From a virus (lineage: Duplodnaviria; Caudoviricetes), in the IMG/VR virus record IMGVR_UViG_3300024988_000002, positions 1 through 63,699 of that record: DNA of 63,699 bases; one strand, 5' to 3'. The notes under the pieces were generated by a model that saw nothing but the letters and a program-made list of their open reading frames with translations, searched no databases and was not told where the DNA came from. Every line of letters begins with the position of its first letter. The stretch's first letter is position 1. The translations under genes were made by a program, and so were the position numbers. Positions 49,801 through 59,620 of the stretch are shown here, piece by piece.

Positions 49801-52004
49801 GTGGGGGCGTGGTTATCGGCAGAAGGGCGATAGGGCTTGGCGGCGCCCTTCATGGTGAAGTCCGCCGCCTTCGCGCGCTCAAGGAAGTCCTTGGCGCGTG
49901 CGACCGTGGCGGCTTTGTCTTCACCCTCCGCCGGGCTGGTCGCCTCGAAGGCGTCGTCGAGCGCCTTGATGTTCTTGCTCTTACCCGCGGCGCTGGCCTT
50001 GTCCTTGGCGCTGACGGTAAGACCTTCGACCTTCGGCGCCTCCGTGCGGATGCGGTCCGGGCGGGCGGGTACAGCGGCGGTGCCGTTGATGTATTTGCTG
50101 GCCTCACCCAGGCGCTTGGACGGCTCCATCGCCATGAAGTGCTCGATCGCCTCGTCAGGTATGCCGTTCGCCTTCATCTTGTTTACCGCGGCGGTAACGA
50201 CCTTCGGCAACGGCTTCTCGCCTTCGGTCGGGCCGGCGCTCTCGGTCGCTGCCTCGTCGAATGGCTTGGTCTTCTTGCCGGGCTTGGCGAGCCAGTCTTT
50301 CAGCTCGTCGGCGGTGGCCTCCTTTATGGAGAGCACGCGGTCCGGGCCCGAGCCGTCGTTGAAGGCGCGGTGATAATGCTCCAGCGCGTCCACCGGGTCC
50401 TTGGCGTAGGCCATGACCTTGTGCTCGTCGAACTTGCCAGTTGCCGGGTCCTTCTGGTCGATGACGAAATGCCGGTCGCCGGTGCCCAGCACACCCACGT
50501 CGACGCGGTCGCCGTCGGCGCCTTTGGTGCCTAGGAACTCGCCGTAATCGTAGGGGAAGTTCTCCACGCGCCACTTCGGCGGCGTGCTCTTGGTGTCTTC
50601 GCGGACGCCACCTTTGGGGGTTTCGATGCTGACATCGCGGCCGAACAGCCGGCCCGGATGGCCCTTGGCGTAGTTGCCGGCTTCGGCCTGCGCGGGCGTC
50701 GGCTGCGCGACATGCTCGCGGGCGTCGGCTACCTTCTGTGCGTCGGGGTGAACCGCCTCGGGCTGCGCAGGGGCGAGCCCAACGTCGGCATCAGACAGCG
50801 TCGGTGCCTCGGGGGAGGGCGGCGTTTCAGGGGCTGCTTCGGGCGCAGGCTTTTTGAGCCCGAGTGTCGGCTTTGCCGCGTTCGGGTTTGGCGGCGTAGG
50901 CGGCGCAGTGTCCGAAATTTGTACAGGATTTTCTGACACAGGCGCGGCTTCGGAAGGCGCCTGCTGCGGAAACCCCGTCTGGATCGGCGCCTCTTTCAAC
51001 GATGCGTCGATGTCCACTTTCGGATTGCCGAGATCCTGGTTGCCGGCGTTCCGGAACGCGTTGAGCGCAGCAGCAACATCGGGCGAGTAATCGCCCTGCG
51101 TCAGCATGTCGGTCGCCTCGGACGCGGGCTTGGCACCCTTCGCGAGATTTCTTCCGGCGTCGCCGACCGTGGGCCGCGACTGCGGGTTGCCGATGGTATC
51201 GCCCTTGACGTCGGGTGCGGGTTTCTCGGATGCAACGCCGCGGGCGACGTTGGGCGGCGGGCTGCTCGCCGCCTCGTCCTGCGCCGCTTCGGCATCGGGG
51301 CTGGCGCTGGCGTTGGGGCGCCCGGGGATGCGCTTGGCGAGCTTCGCCCCCATGCGCTGGCCTGGGCCCGTGAACTTTTCGCCGAGCCTGTTGGTACCGG
51401 GGAGCACCGCGCCGGCTGCGGCGGCAGTGAGGACCTTGCTCGGGCTCACCTTGCCTTCGGTCGCGTATTCTTGGCCTGCTTCAAGTCCGCCTTGCAGCGC
51501 CGCGCTGGCGCCGCGCACCAGTTTGCCCGCGCCCGCGGCGGGCCCCATACCCGCCATGTTGGTGGCGAGCTCAGTGGCGAACGTCTCATAGGGGTGGGCG
51601 TTGCGGTTGGCGGCAACCTGCTCGCTGTCGTCGATACCGATCGCATCAAGCCCGGCCTGCTGCGCCTTCGAAGTCGCGTAACTGGAAACAAGCGCTCCGG
51701 CTAAACCGCCGGCAATCGTACCGATCGGGCCGAATGCCGACCCGAGCTCGGCGCCGGTCGCAGCACCAAAATAACCAGCAGCCGCCGGGGCGGCCGTGTG
51801 CGCCACGGTGCGCGCGGTGCGCGCGGGGAAACCCTCGGGGGCAGGACGTGACCCAACGCCTACCTCGTCGTCCGAGAGTAGCCCCACGTCTTCGTCGGAC
51901 ATGAAGGATTGTTCACCTTGCGGGGGCGCGGCGCCGTTACCGTCAATGCCGACCTGGCTATCGTCGAGCAGACCGACATCCGAGTCGGAGAGCATATCTT
52001 CCAT
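46821..52004 (-). CDS. Large internal virion (ejection) protein containing an inorganic-pyrophosphatase-like (InPase) domain
   Basis: 1727 aa at the end of the tail module; AGNYAKGH...IETPKG..R...YG...GTKGADGDRVDV...IDQ...FDEHKVM matches the InPase domain of polyvalent proteins. Confidence 0.75.
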   Translation of the reverse strand: MEDMLSDSDVGLLDDSQVGIDGNGAAPPQGEQSFMSDEDVGLLSDDEVGVGSRPAPEGFPARTARTVAHTAAPAAAGYFGAATGAELGSAFGPIGTIAGGLAGALVSSYATSKAQQAGLDAIGIDDSEQVAANRNAHPYETFATELATNMAGMGPAAGAGKLVRGASAALQGGLEAGQEYATEGKVSPSKVLTAAAAGAVLPGTNRLGEKFTGPGQRMGAKLAKRIPGRPNASASPDAEAAQDEAASSPPPNVARGVASEKPAPDVKGDTIGNPQSRPTVGDAGRNLAKGAKPASEATDMLTQGDYSPDVAAALNAFRNAGNQDLGNPKVDIDASLKEAPIQTGFPQQAPSEAAPVSENPVQISDTAPPTPPNPNAAKPTLGLKKPAPEAAPETPPSPEAPTLSDADVGLAPAQPEAVHPDAQKVADAREHVAQPTPAQAEAGNYAKGHPGRLFGRDVSIETPKGGVREDTKSTPPKWRVENFPYDYGEFLGTKGADGDRVDVGVLGTGDRHFVIDQKDPATGKFDEHKVMAYAKDPVDALEHYHRAFNDGSGPDRVLSIKEATADELKDWLAKPGKKTKPFDEAATESAGPTEGEKPLPKVVTAAVNKMKANGIPDEAIEHFMAMEPSKRLGEASKYINGTAAVPARPDRIRTEAPKVEGLTVSAKDKASAAGKSKNIKALDDAFEATSPAEGEDKAATVARAKDFLERAKAADFTMKGAAKPYRPSADNHAPTVMEREARKLLRAKNPSDKAVEAFRAQEKLLRSGGEGVAEARATGRIESDIGLSKRSGDEAIAGAEAERATHNSVEDDIIDAIDRANASKGEFDVPHEEAESMVRPEPATPESIAEERAATKHLDTNNPSDRAALAAALVQKRSTNKGGMVGSSKTGVALGEGSTPENPKASAVRKIDPKTLDPEYIKRLLEGASAPRPGSRLDSADIVKMTKEARDPTTKSLGRLFMDDEAGALNLDKIIADIQKFKAKVKAGDYFKHAKLESHIARPAKSAAEQYARSLSTEAVKVIKGNEQQLIDLQHWSKSLPKELNNPATLRRLYDAREAGTIGNLDPKEQALYNKYLEPLFNENDALYEAAKTVLPKHLVAMLGEKVEGDHAMRIPAGEKADRNMFVDDERDDPIVSGRQGLPVRPVNTMLERKFYAMEDPKGNRFLIAANDDGFTVWHNRKPIKVTDENFEYAPGKQYTVGGKTFTMKKALTSEIEDHALFGPGEKAKYYHNAALSAAMANYDLGRILRYNKFVEGFKEDPEFLKYAAPPGAKIPDGYLPTKLANFSGKNGAWHFDPQLAYALDDMAQPGINEGAVAYIRRISQAITKTIFWLPVAHLANVGGHWFVGRGQRWAVPKSYLSLADTSLKAIKSVVTQDDFQKAIRQNGGSTIYSGVLTQDAVNNLARGFGEAVRKQPARWDPIARKFGVGPSDLVRAVYKASSRVMWAGNDMFLTQAIMERMNEGMDIDQAIIHAERHIPNYRVPSTVLGTGAGARVVAQLLLEPAATVFGRYHWGIMNSYGNTIRDLVKGNGAAKIDALGHLFAMGLLGLVIYPALDAAAKYITGNKGASQQRRGPISVPAHIVDALRGKEDITAPLKSLVTPSPLLTAVLQAKDNRDYRGKPIVERGLVAQAAKGNVRAGGQAAVEAGEFAARNLFSPYNTYANTVDSGHSVAGGLRDQMLDIKNPSRRSVAYSAKTSRYNMQSLRQRNRSGRGPLEGLYTKATR

Positions 52005-52009
52005 CGCGG

Positions 52010-53569
52010 CTACTCCGCCCGCTGCCAGCCATTACCCATCCATTTGAACGGGCCTTTCGGCGTCTGATAGACCTGACCAACTACACGTTCGTTGGCCGGC
52101 GGGACCTGATGTCCTCCCTGTGCCGGTGCGTTCTGCGTCGGTTGCGCGCCCGTGCCGCCGGGCTGCGGGATTTGGCCCCCCGGGCCAGCTATCCCTGTGG
52201 TGAACTTGTCTACCTGCCCGACGATCGCGTCCTGCTGCTCGCTCGGCAGATTGGCGAAGTTGGGGTCGAGCAATTTGGCGCGCAGCATGCGCCCCATCTC
52301 GCGCATGCGACCGTCCCGGGTCTGCTGCATCATCTTGGTCAGGGCGAGGTTCGTTTGCCCCTGCAGGCGCTTGGTCTCCGCCTCCGACCGGATTTGCGCG
52401 GACTTAACTCGGGCGCCGGCACTGGTCTCTGCGCTCTTAACCCTCGCCCCGGCCGCTTCCCTTGCGACGCCCAGGCGCGCGCGCTCCTGTCCCTCGGCGA
52501 TCTGGCGCTTGTTATCCAGCTCGTCGCCGCGGGTGGTTTCGCTGGCCAGATATTGGTTGCGCGCAGCGTTCTGCGACACGGACGGAAAGAGCGACATCGC
52601 GCGCCCTCTCACGTCGGCATCATCGACCCCGCGCGTCGATGACGAAACTCCGCGCCCCACCAGCGTGAAGCCATCCGGGTTCTTGCCGTTGAGGCGGTTA
52701 TTCCAATCGGTGTAGTCGTTGTCGCCGCCCGACAGATCCACAAAGTCGCGCTTCATGTTCTGCTTGGTGATCTCGTCCGGCTCAAACTTGGTCGTGTCGC
52801 CGACAGGCGCCGACAGATCCACCAGCGAGCTGCTCGGCTTGCCTTCCTTCGTGGTGCCCACGATCTTCTGCAACGTGCCGCTGATGCCGCCGTTCGACAT
52901 GACGTGGTCCCACTGGCCGGCGCCGCCGATGTCGAGGTATTTGTCGAACTGCTCGGGCGTGAGGGTGTAATTCTCCGTCTGGTTCGAGCCCGGGGCTTTT
53001 ACCGTCGCGGTAACGCCGTTGCCCCCCGGGTCGGCAGTAAACGTCGCTTGCGAGCCGTCGAGGATGTTCTGCGAAGCCTGGCTCGCCGCGTTCGCCGCGG
53101 CCTGGAGGTCGCCGGCCTTGCCGTCGACGCCGTTCAGCGCCGCCTTCGCGAACGCCTGTTTGCGGTCGTATGCGGAGCGGTTGTACTGGATCATCGCCCA
53201 GCCGGCCGCGGGGCCACCCATCTCGGTGGCCTGATGCACGGCAAGGACGTTGGCCTCGTCGTCGCTGATGTTCGGATGCTGCGCCTTGACGTTCTGCGCG
53301 GCGCGCTCGGCCTCGGCCGGGTCGGCGCTGTCCGCCCCCATCAGATAATGCAGGATGCGCTTCGCGCCGCCGGCGACAGCACTGGCCCCGCTACGCGCCG
53401 CGTTGATCGGCAGCATGCCATTATCTTGCGCATACCACGGACGGTCGCCGCCTAGCGTCGCAGGCTGCTCTTGCTCTGGCTCCGGAATAGCGGGCTGCCC
53501 ACTCTCCGGCGCGGCGCTCTGTTCCTGCTCCTGGTCGTCGGGGATCGCGCCCTCAAAATCGTCGGCCAT
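52010..53569 (-). CDS. Putative internal virion protein
   Basis: 519 aa, helical/low complexity; C-terminal GQVYQTPKGPFKWMGNGW; synteny. Confidence 0.6.
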   Translation of the reverse strand: MADDFEGAIPDDQEQEQSAAPESGQPAIPEPEQEQPATLGGDRPWYAQDNGMLPINAARSGASAVAGGAKRILHYLMGADSADPAEAERAAQNVKAQHPNISDDEANVLAVHQATEMGGPAAGWAMIQYNRSAYDRKQAFAKAALNGVDGKAGDLQAAANAASQASQNILDGSQATFTADPGGNGVTATVKAPGSNQTENYTLTPEQFDKYLDIGGAGQWDHVMSNGGISGTLQKIVGTTKEGKPSSSLVDLSAPVGDTTKFEPDEITKQNMKRDFVDLSGGDNDYTDWNNRLNGKNPDGFTLVGRGVSSSTRGVDDADVRGRAMSLFPSVSQNAARNQYLASETTRGDELDNKRQIAEGQERARLGVAREAAGARVKSAETSAGARVKSAQIRSEAETKRLQGQTNLALTKMMQQTRDGRMREMGRMLRAKLLDPNFANLPSEQQDAIVGQVDKFTTGIAGPGGQIPQPGGTGAQPTQNAPAQGGHQVPPANERVVGQVYQTPKGPFKWMGNGWQRAE

Positions 53570-54015
53570 TACGGCGCCTCCTCTTGCTCGTCAGGGATCG
53601 CGCCCTTCGTAGCGACGTCGCCAATGCCCAAGCTCTGGCTCATTGGGTTGTAGCCGTTGACAAACTCTCGGACGCGGTCGACCACGTCGTCGAACTTGGT
53701 CCTGCTTGTGTCGCCCGTGGTCGGTGCGCCCGTGTCGCCGCGGCGGTCTTCGATGTTGTCGGACTGCCGCATGCCTTCGTACGGCGTGAACTTCGCCGTC
53801 TCTTCATCTTGGCCCTTACCCTGCGTGAGCCCGTATTTCTGCCGGCCATAGTCCAGCGCGCTTTTCACTGTGTTGAGCGCGGCGTTCACTGCGTCGGCAT
53901 GAGGGGGCGCGGCCGGCGCGGTGTTCTCACCGCCGTCAGGGATCGCGCCGGCGCCTGCGTCGGTGATGGCCCCGCCGTCGTTTGCGCTGCTCAGATCAAT
54001 GAGACTTCCCGCCAT
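53569..54015 (-). CDS. Putative internal virion protein
   Basis: RQSDNIEDRRG motif; GAIPD repeats. Confidence 0.55.
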   Translation of the reverse strand: MAGSLIDLSSANDGGAITDAGAGAIPDGGENTAPAAPPHADAVNAALNTVKSALDYGRQKYGLTQGKGQDEETAKFTPYEGMRQSDNIEDRRGDTGAPTTGDTSRTKFDDVVDRVREFVNGYNPMSQSLGIGDVATKGAIPDEQEEAP

Positions 54016-54018
54016 ACG

Positions 54019-55194
54019 CTATACCTCCGGTATTGCTTGCTGCGTGGGAGCAGCTTGCTGCATGGGAGCGGCTTGCAGGCCCACTGGGGATTGCGCCTGA
54101 CTTTGGTTGCGCACCGCGCGCGACTTGGCGATCAGGTTGTGGAAGAACTCCATGCCCTTCCAGCTCGCCACGTCCTGGGGGATGACGAACTCGCCGGCGT
54201 TCAAATGCGCGGGGACGTCGTCGGTCGCGGCGCCGCCGGATGGTGAGGTTTCGGGGTCCACATAGCCGCCTTCCGCAAAATAGCCGGAGTAATCGCCCAT
54301 GCTCCCGTTGGCGTAGTCGTTGACGTGGTCCATGCCCCAGGCCGTACCGCCGCCGGAGTTCAAGTCGCCGCCACCACCGCCACCGCCACCGCCGCGGTAA
54401 CCGCCACCTCCGCCACCGCCCCCGCCGTCGCTTTCCGACGAGTTCATGGACGAGCCGTAGCTTTGGGTTTGGTTCGAGACCGGCGACAGTTTCAAACTCA
54501 TTGCGGTCTGCAGGTATTTGTTCGGCAACTGCTGCAAGTTCGCGCCGGTGTTCGCGTTCGCCAGGATCGCATTGCTGGCGCCGGCGTTCGCCTGGGTCGC
54601 AGTGTTCTCTGCGTTCGAGATCGCGGCCGGCAGGAGCGAGCCCGCCTGTACGGCCTCGGCGCGCAACTGCTGCCCGGTGTTGATGTCGGCCATGCGCTGC
54701 TGGTTCATGGCCCCGGCAACGTTCGCTGCGTTCTGTACGGCAGCGGCTTTGTCCAACGCCGCGTAGCGGCCGGACGACGGGTCGATCCCATAGCCGAGCA
54801 AATTCTGTTCGCTGTTCTTGATTGCCTGGTCGCCCGCCTGCGCCTGCGTCGCGCCGGCCATAGCCATGTCAGCCTTCATTCTCGATGGAGATGCATAACT
54901 GTTCGCATCGGCGATCAGTTGTGCGTTCTCCGGAGCAAAAAGGTTGTTGTATTGGTCGGCCATACCGCCGGCGAAGCCGGTCATCTTCTGGCTCGTGGCG
55001 AGGAAATTGTTGACTGCGTCGTTCGTGATCGCAGACGTCTGCGAGTACGTGCTGCTCGCCCAGTCGTGCATCTGGGAGGCGAGCGACTGCGCGTACTGCG
55101 CCACCTGGTCGAGAATGTCGTTTTCCGGAGTGCGGACGACGGTAGGCGTCGACGACGAACTGCTCGAACTAAAACCGGAACTGGATGAAGCCAT
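54019..55194 (-). CDS. Putative internal virion/DNA transfer protein
   Basis: Ala/Gln-rich, GIDPSSGRY, C-terminal FAEGG.V...DDVPA.L..GEFVIP. Confidence 0.65.
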   Translation of the reverse strand: MASSSSGFSSSSSSSTPTVVRTPENDILDQVAQYAQSLASQMHDWASSTYSQTSAITNDAVNNFLATSQKMTGFAGGMADQYNNLFAPENAQLIADANSYASPSRMKADMAMAGATQAQAGDQAIKNSEQNLLGYGIDPSSGRYAALDKAAAVQNAANVAGAMNQQRMADINTGQQLRAEAVQAGSLLPAAISNAENTATQANAGASNAILANANTGANLQQLPNKYLQTAMSLKLSPVSNQTQSYGSSMNSSESDGGGGGGGGGYRGGGGGGGGGDLNSGGGTAWGMDHVNDYANGSMGDYSGYFAEGGYVDPETSPSGGAATDDVPAHLNAGEFVIPQDVASWKGMEFFHNLIAKSRAVRNQSQAQSPVGLQAAPMQQAAPTQQAIPEV

Positions 55195-55262
55195 TAGGGT
55201 GTTCCCCGAGTAAGTCCTTCCGGGCCTACGGGGCGACCCCTAAAGCGGGCGTTAATCGCAAA

Positions 55263-55904
55263 TCAGACCACAGAGACCGACTTGTTCTGCGGGTCGACGA
55301 GGAACGTCACCGTCGTGCCGTAGCTCGCCTGAAACGCAAAATCGGCGAGAAGATTTATCCCTGCCGGAGCGATAGACGGCACCGAAAAGCCAGGGGAAAA
55401 TGTTTGGCCCCCGGCGGTCTTGCCGGGGCTGACGCCGGATGCGAGCGCCAGACGTACCGGTTGGATGGGGAGGCCCGCGAACGGGCCGAGCGTGATTTTC
55501 GCCTGGAATTTGCTCGCGAACTCGCCGCCCAGTCGCAACACAACCCCAGCGACCAGGGAAGGTGCAGGAAAACTACTTAGCGTTTTTGTCGTGTATGCGC
55601 CATACCCGGAGAAATTCAAGCCGGCGCCGGTTGTGACACCGGTCGACATGATCCTATCGGTGATCGAAAAGGGGGCGGAGCGCAGGTTTCCGGACGGCGC
55701 GAACCCCTCATTCAGGGTGAACCCTGGAGTGCCGCCAGCCACACCCGGAAACTCGATCGACATACGCGCCGGCGCTGCTCCCGGGTCTCCATTGCCGCTG
55801 CCACCGCCCTCGAAAATCAATGCGAGCGATGCCCAGCTCACGCCGACGATCGTCTCGAAAAAGTCTTCGCTGTACGCCGTCATCTCTTCCGCCGCCAATT
55901 CCAC
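55263..55904 (-). CDS. Hypothetical virion protein
   Basis: In the tail operon; the start may be 55883. Confidence 0.5.
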   Translation of the reverse strand: MELAAEEMTAYSEDFFETIVGVSWASLALIFEGGGSGNGDPGAAPARMSIEFPGVAGGTPGFTLNEGFAPSGNLRSAPFSITDRIMSTGVTTGAGLNFSGYGAYTTKTLSSFPAPSLVAGVVLRLGGEFASKFQAKITLGPFAGLPIQPVRLALASGVSPGKTAGGQTFSPGFSVPSIAPAGINLLADFAFQASYGTTVTFLVDPQNKSVSVV

Positions 55905-56260
55905 TTCTGGCCCGTGGCGCGGTGCTGCATCGTCAGGCTATTGATCCGCTCCACATCGACATACTGCGATTTATCGGTTGGGTTTGTGACCCGTACCTTC
56001 TCCACAACGCGGTTGACCTCGACCCAATCTGATCTTTTGTCTTCTTGCGTGATGAAGTTATTCGTGACGCCGGTATCGGTGTTGTTCTGTTTGGTCTTAT
56101 CCAATAGCTGCATGAGCGCGAGCCGCATCGCATTAACTAACGCGATGGCGGAAGTCAGATCGCTGGCCGGCCCTGGTATGCCGGGTGTGTTGAACGGCTG
56201 CGGGGTGCCGGGCGTAGATGGGGGCGGGATGTGGCAGACAGGACCGACAACATTAGACAT
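55880..56260 (-). CDS. Hypothetical virion protein
   Basis: W.E..R..EKVRVTNP.D..QYVDVERI motif; coupled to the tail gene. Confidence 0.6.
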   Translation of the reverse strand: MSNVVGPVCHIPPPSTPGTPQPFNTPGIPGPASDLTSAIALVNAMRLALMQLLDKTKQNNTDTGVTNNFITQEDKRSDWVEVNRVVEKVRVTNPTDKSQYVDVERINSLTMQHRATGQKWNWRRKR

Positions 56261-58985
56261 TAGCCATCCCCTTCACTGTCGTGCCGACTTCAAAACTTGA
56301 GATGTGCAGCCGCGTGATTATGCGGAACTGCCAGGTCTCGTGCTTGAAGCCGCTGGTGATGCGCAGCAGCTCCTTCGTCTTGCGCAGCTCGCGCGCCGTA
56401 ACCAGTTGGCCCCCGGAGTAGACCAGGATGAACCCCCAACGGTCGTTGGGTAGCCCATTGATCCAGAACGGATCAGTGATCGGGTTCTCCGCACGCGTTG
56501 CGTTCAACGCTGGCGTGTTCGGCGGTACCTCAAATGTGAAGCGCATAACCTCGAAGTTCTTTCGAGTGCGTTGTTTGTATTTCTTCGACGTCCAGTCGAC
56601 GACGGACAGCGCCGGCGCTGCGTCAGTGAAATCCAGATAGTAGAGCCCGTTTCGCGCGATGAAGGTGGCGACAGCACTCCACGGGTCAACCGCAACCATC
56701 GCAAGCGGGGCTGACAACGGGTTGCTCAAAAGCTGAAAGCCGAGTCGATGCCGGCCGGGTTGCGGCCAAATGGTGAAACTCTCGGCATCGGATGCGTTCA
56801 TTTCAACGGTGAAGCCGCGGACGCCTTGGCCGCCTTCGTTCCCGTTGGGCCCGACTTGGTAAGCGAAGTAGCACGAGTTCAAGAGTACAGCGACGAGTGA
56901 GCTCTGTGGCGTGAGCTGCTGCCACTTCTCCCGCGTGATCCACGTCTCGGTGACGTTCTTGACCTGGCCGTACTGCGTGACCAAGATCAGGCCATTCTTC
57001 GAGGCGTAATAGACGCCATCATTGTTGCCGACGATGCTCTTGCGCGAATGGCATGGCTCGCTGTTCTGGATTTTCATTGCGGTCATCGCGCCCGGGAAAA
57101 CGCCAGTCGTGACGTATGGCGCGCCGGACGTCGCGGCGACCAAGGAGTTGCCGGTGACGCCAAGACCGACGATCGGATATTCCGTCGTCTGCACGTAGGA
57201 CGGGGGCCACGCGTGCGGGCGGTACGGCTCGCAGAACCAGATCTCGTTGGCGCGCCAGCCGGCGAGAACGCCATTCGGCATCACAACAAGCCCCTGCAGA
57301 TCCTCCGGCGGCGGCGTCCACAACTGGCTCTGCAACTGATTATTGTTCACAACCACGTCGTCGCTGATGACGTCGAGATATTCCGCAGTCGTAACCGGCA
57401 AGTCGTCGCCGTCTGTACCGGTGACCTGGTAGTAAGTCGTGCCGCCGCTCAGCGCCGTGATCGTGCGATAAAGCCGCAGCTTGGTGATGTTGCGGGTGAC
57501 GCCGATCTGATCCGCCGGCGGTTGGAATAGACTGATCGTCCATGTGGCGTTAGACCAGCCAGTCGCCGTCGTAGGCGGTGAGGGGGCGCTCTCCTCACCG
57601 TACTCAGTGATGTAGGTGTAAACGTATGTCCGTGCTTCGAGCACGCTCGATGTCGTTAGATCGCCCCACATCTGCAGGCTGGCGACACCAACGCTGAGGT
57701 TGGTGAGAACGTTCGGCGGTCCGTTCGCGTAAGTATTGTTTGATGTCACGCCCGCGGTACCGCTGTCGGCGGTGTGAATATCGAACGCCGTATCGCATGC
57801 GAAGCCGATCCAATACTGCACGTTCATCAAGAGCCCGGTCGGGTTCACGAACTCGCTCGTGATCGCTTGGCCGGAGGTTGTCGTAAACTGAACTGCCGCC
57901 CCGACATTCAGTAGATCGCGCGGCGTCCCGTTGTCGTCGCTGTAAAGCACAGCGACCAGATTGCCGGTCTGGCCAGACACAGCAGCCATAACGGAGATGT
58001 CATTGAGCATCATGGCGCCGTCGGGCGTGACCGGCATGAGGTATATCTTATTCGCCCCCGGGGCTACCGTCGTTGGCGCGTTCGACGTCGGTACACCGAG
58101 CTGTGCGGAGCTGCCGCCCCCGCTGACTTCGACCCCGGGGGTGCACCCGGGGGGCGGCACGCCGAGCAGCCAGGCCGGCTCCCCCGCCTGAATGCGGGTA
58201 CGCGTGTTGTACGTCGGCGCGGCCGAGGCACTGGCGATATAGAACCGCGCGTATTGGTCGTCGACCAGCGGCGACCGCACCACGTCGGTGTTCGGCTCGA
58301 CGAACTCCATGAAGGTGCTCGCCCCGGTGATGTCGGTCGCGATCTCGACGTTCTCGCCGCCCAGCAGGGTGGTCGTAGCTGCGCCGTTGAAGCCCCAGCT
58401 CAGACGCCCGCCGGCGTTCGCGCCCACCGCCGTGTTGTTGTAAGCGGCGCCGACATCCGGCGCGTACACCGTGATTGCCGGCGGCGTGGTGTCGATCTGC
58501 AGGATATTCTTGGTCTGCGGCGACGTCTGGTCGATCGCCGGGTTGGCGGTCGTGCCGACGCCGTACAGGGTGCCCTTGTTGGCGCCGGTGCCGTTGTCGT
58601 AAGTCAGCGCGGCGAAAAGATTGGTGGCCGTAGCGGCAGCGGAGCCACCAATCTTTACCTGATAAGCTGCGGTTACCGTGGCGGTAAACGTATAGGTCTC
58701 CTCGCCGACGGTAACCGTATCGCCTTCATTCGGGCTCGCGTCGAAACGCAGAAAGGCGTTCGCCGCCGCGCTGCTTTCGTCCGGCACCCGGTAGATGTAG
58801 CCGGGGTTGCTGAGCGTAGTGTTGCGCAGCAACTTCGGGATACGCCAGCCTTCGAGGCCGCCCGAGAATAGATAGCCGTTAGTGGAAGTCGCAGCCTGCC
58901 CGTCGGGCAGCAAGTAGGGGTCCCAGGCGGGCAGGGCCCCCCCGAATTTGTCTACCCGAAAGCTATCGTCTCTCTGCTCGGCCAT
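56253..58985 (-). CDS. Tail protein (stabilisation/nozzle, tail tubular B-like)
   Basis: 910 aa; YVYTY.TEYGEESAPSP, MPNG...G...NEIWFCEPYRPHAWP, YASKNGL motifs. Confidence 0.75.
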   Translation of the reverse strand: MAEQRDDSFRVDKFGGALPAWDPYLLPDGQAATSTNGYLFSGGLEGWRIPKLLRNTTLSNPGYIYRVPDESSAAANAFLRFDASPNEGDTVTVGEETYTFTATVTAAYQVKIGGSAAATATNLFAALTYDNGTGANKGTLYGVGTTANPAIDQTSPQTKNILQIDTTPPAITVYAPDVGAAYNNTAVGANAGGRLSWGFNGAATTTLLGGENVEIATDITGASTFMEFVEPNTDVVRSPLVDDQYARFYIASASAAPTYNTRTRIQAGEPAWLLGVPPPGCTPGVEVSGGGSSAQLGVPTSNAPTTVAPGANKIYLMPVTPDGAMMLNDISVMAAVSGQTGNLVAVLYSDDNGTPRDLLNVGAAVQFTTTSGQAITSEFVNPTGLLMNVQYWIGFACDTAFDIHTADSGTAGVTSNNTYANGPPNVLTNLSVGVASLQMWGDLTTSSVLEARTYVYTYITEYGEESAPSPPTTATGWSNATWTISLFQPPADQIGVTRNITKLRLYRTITALSGGTTYYQVTGTDGDDLPVTTAEYLDVISDDVVVNNNQLQSQLWTPPPEDLQGLVVMPNGVLAGWRANEIWFCEPYRPHAWPPSYVQTTEYPIVGLGVTGNSLVAATSGAPYVTTGVFPGAMTAMKIQNSEPCHSRKSIVGNNDGVYYASKNGLILVTQYGQVKNVTETWITREKWQQLTPQSSLVAVLLNSCYFAYQVGPNGNEGGQGVRGFTVEMNASDAESFTIWPQPGRHRLGFQLLSNPLSAPLAMVAVDPWSAVATFIARNGLYYLDFTDAAPALSVVDWTSKKYKQRTRKNFEVMRFTFEVPPNTPALNATRAENPITDPFWINGLPNDRWGFILVYSGGQLVTARELRKTKELLRITSGFKHETWQFRIITRLHISSFEVGTTVKGMANV

Positions 58986-59005
58986 TTATCGCTCGCTTCG
59001 CAACT

Positions 59006-59509
59006 CTACTGAGGCATAACCACTTTGTGTTTGCCTTCGGTATCGAGCCGTCCGGAGCCGGCGACGAAGCCTGTCGGAGACAGCGACGTCGGGTCTGGCA
59101 CTGCTGCCCCAGGACGGTGGACAGGCGTATTGCTGCCATCCCACGGCTCCCTCGCGGGCGGGGGCGGCCGGCTGGCGAGCTCGGCCTCATGGCGCTCGCG
59201 CGCCCTCTTGCCGGCGTTCTGCTCGGCTTCAAGCGCTGCGCGCTGACGATCTGTCATCGGCGGCGGCTTGTAGGCGTTCTTCTTTGCTTCGGCTTGCGCG
59301 GCGTGGTCGCGCATCCGCTGCATGAGATGCTCGCGGCCTTGCGCCATGACCGAGACGAGGCTCTCGTCTTCCCGAGACTCTTCGCGCGCTGCTTCCGCTG
59401 GCGCCGCGTTCGCCGGGGGTTCGAGTCGGTCCAGCACTTTGCTAAACCGCTCGTCGATGTCAGCCGCGCTCTGCGGGCTCGCTTCCGCTTGGTTGTCGTT
59501 CGGTTGCAT
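59006..59509 (-). CDS. Hypothetical protein
   Basis: AGGAG RBS before the ATG at 59509. Confidence 0.55.
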   Translation of the reverse strand: MQPNDNQAEASPQSAADIDERFSKVLDRLEPPANAAPAEAAREESREDESLVSVMAQGREHLMQRMRDHAAQAEAKKNAYKPPPMTDRQRAALEAEQNAGKRARERHEAELASRPPPPAREPWDGSNTPVHRPGAAVPDPTSLSPTGFVAGSGRLDTEGKHKVVMPQ

Positions 59510-59620
59510 TGACTTCTCCTGAGTACGCTTTCTGTTGGCCACCTGAACCTCCGCGTATGGCACCGTGGTCGGCCCGTTCGGACCGTCCTTGTGTGAATGG
59601 TAGGGATGAAGGGCGGCGGC

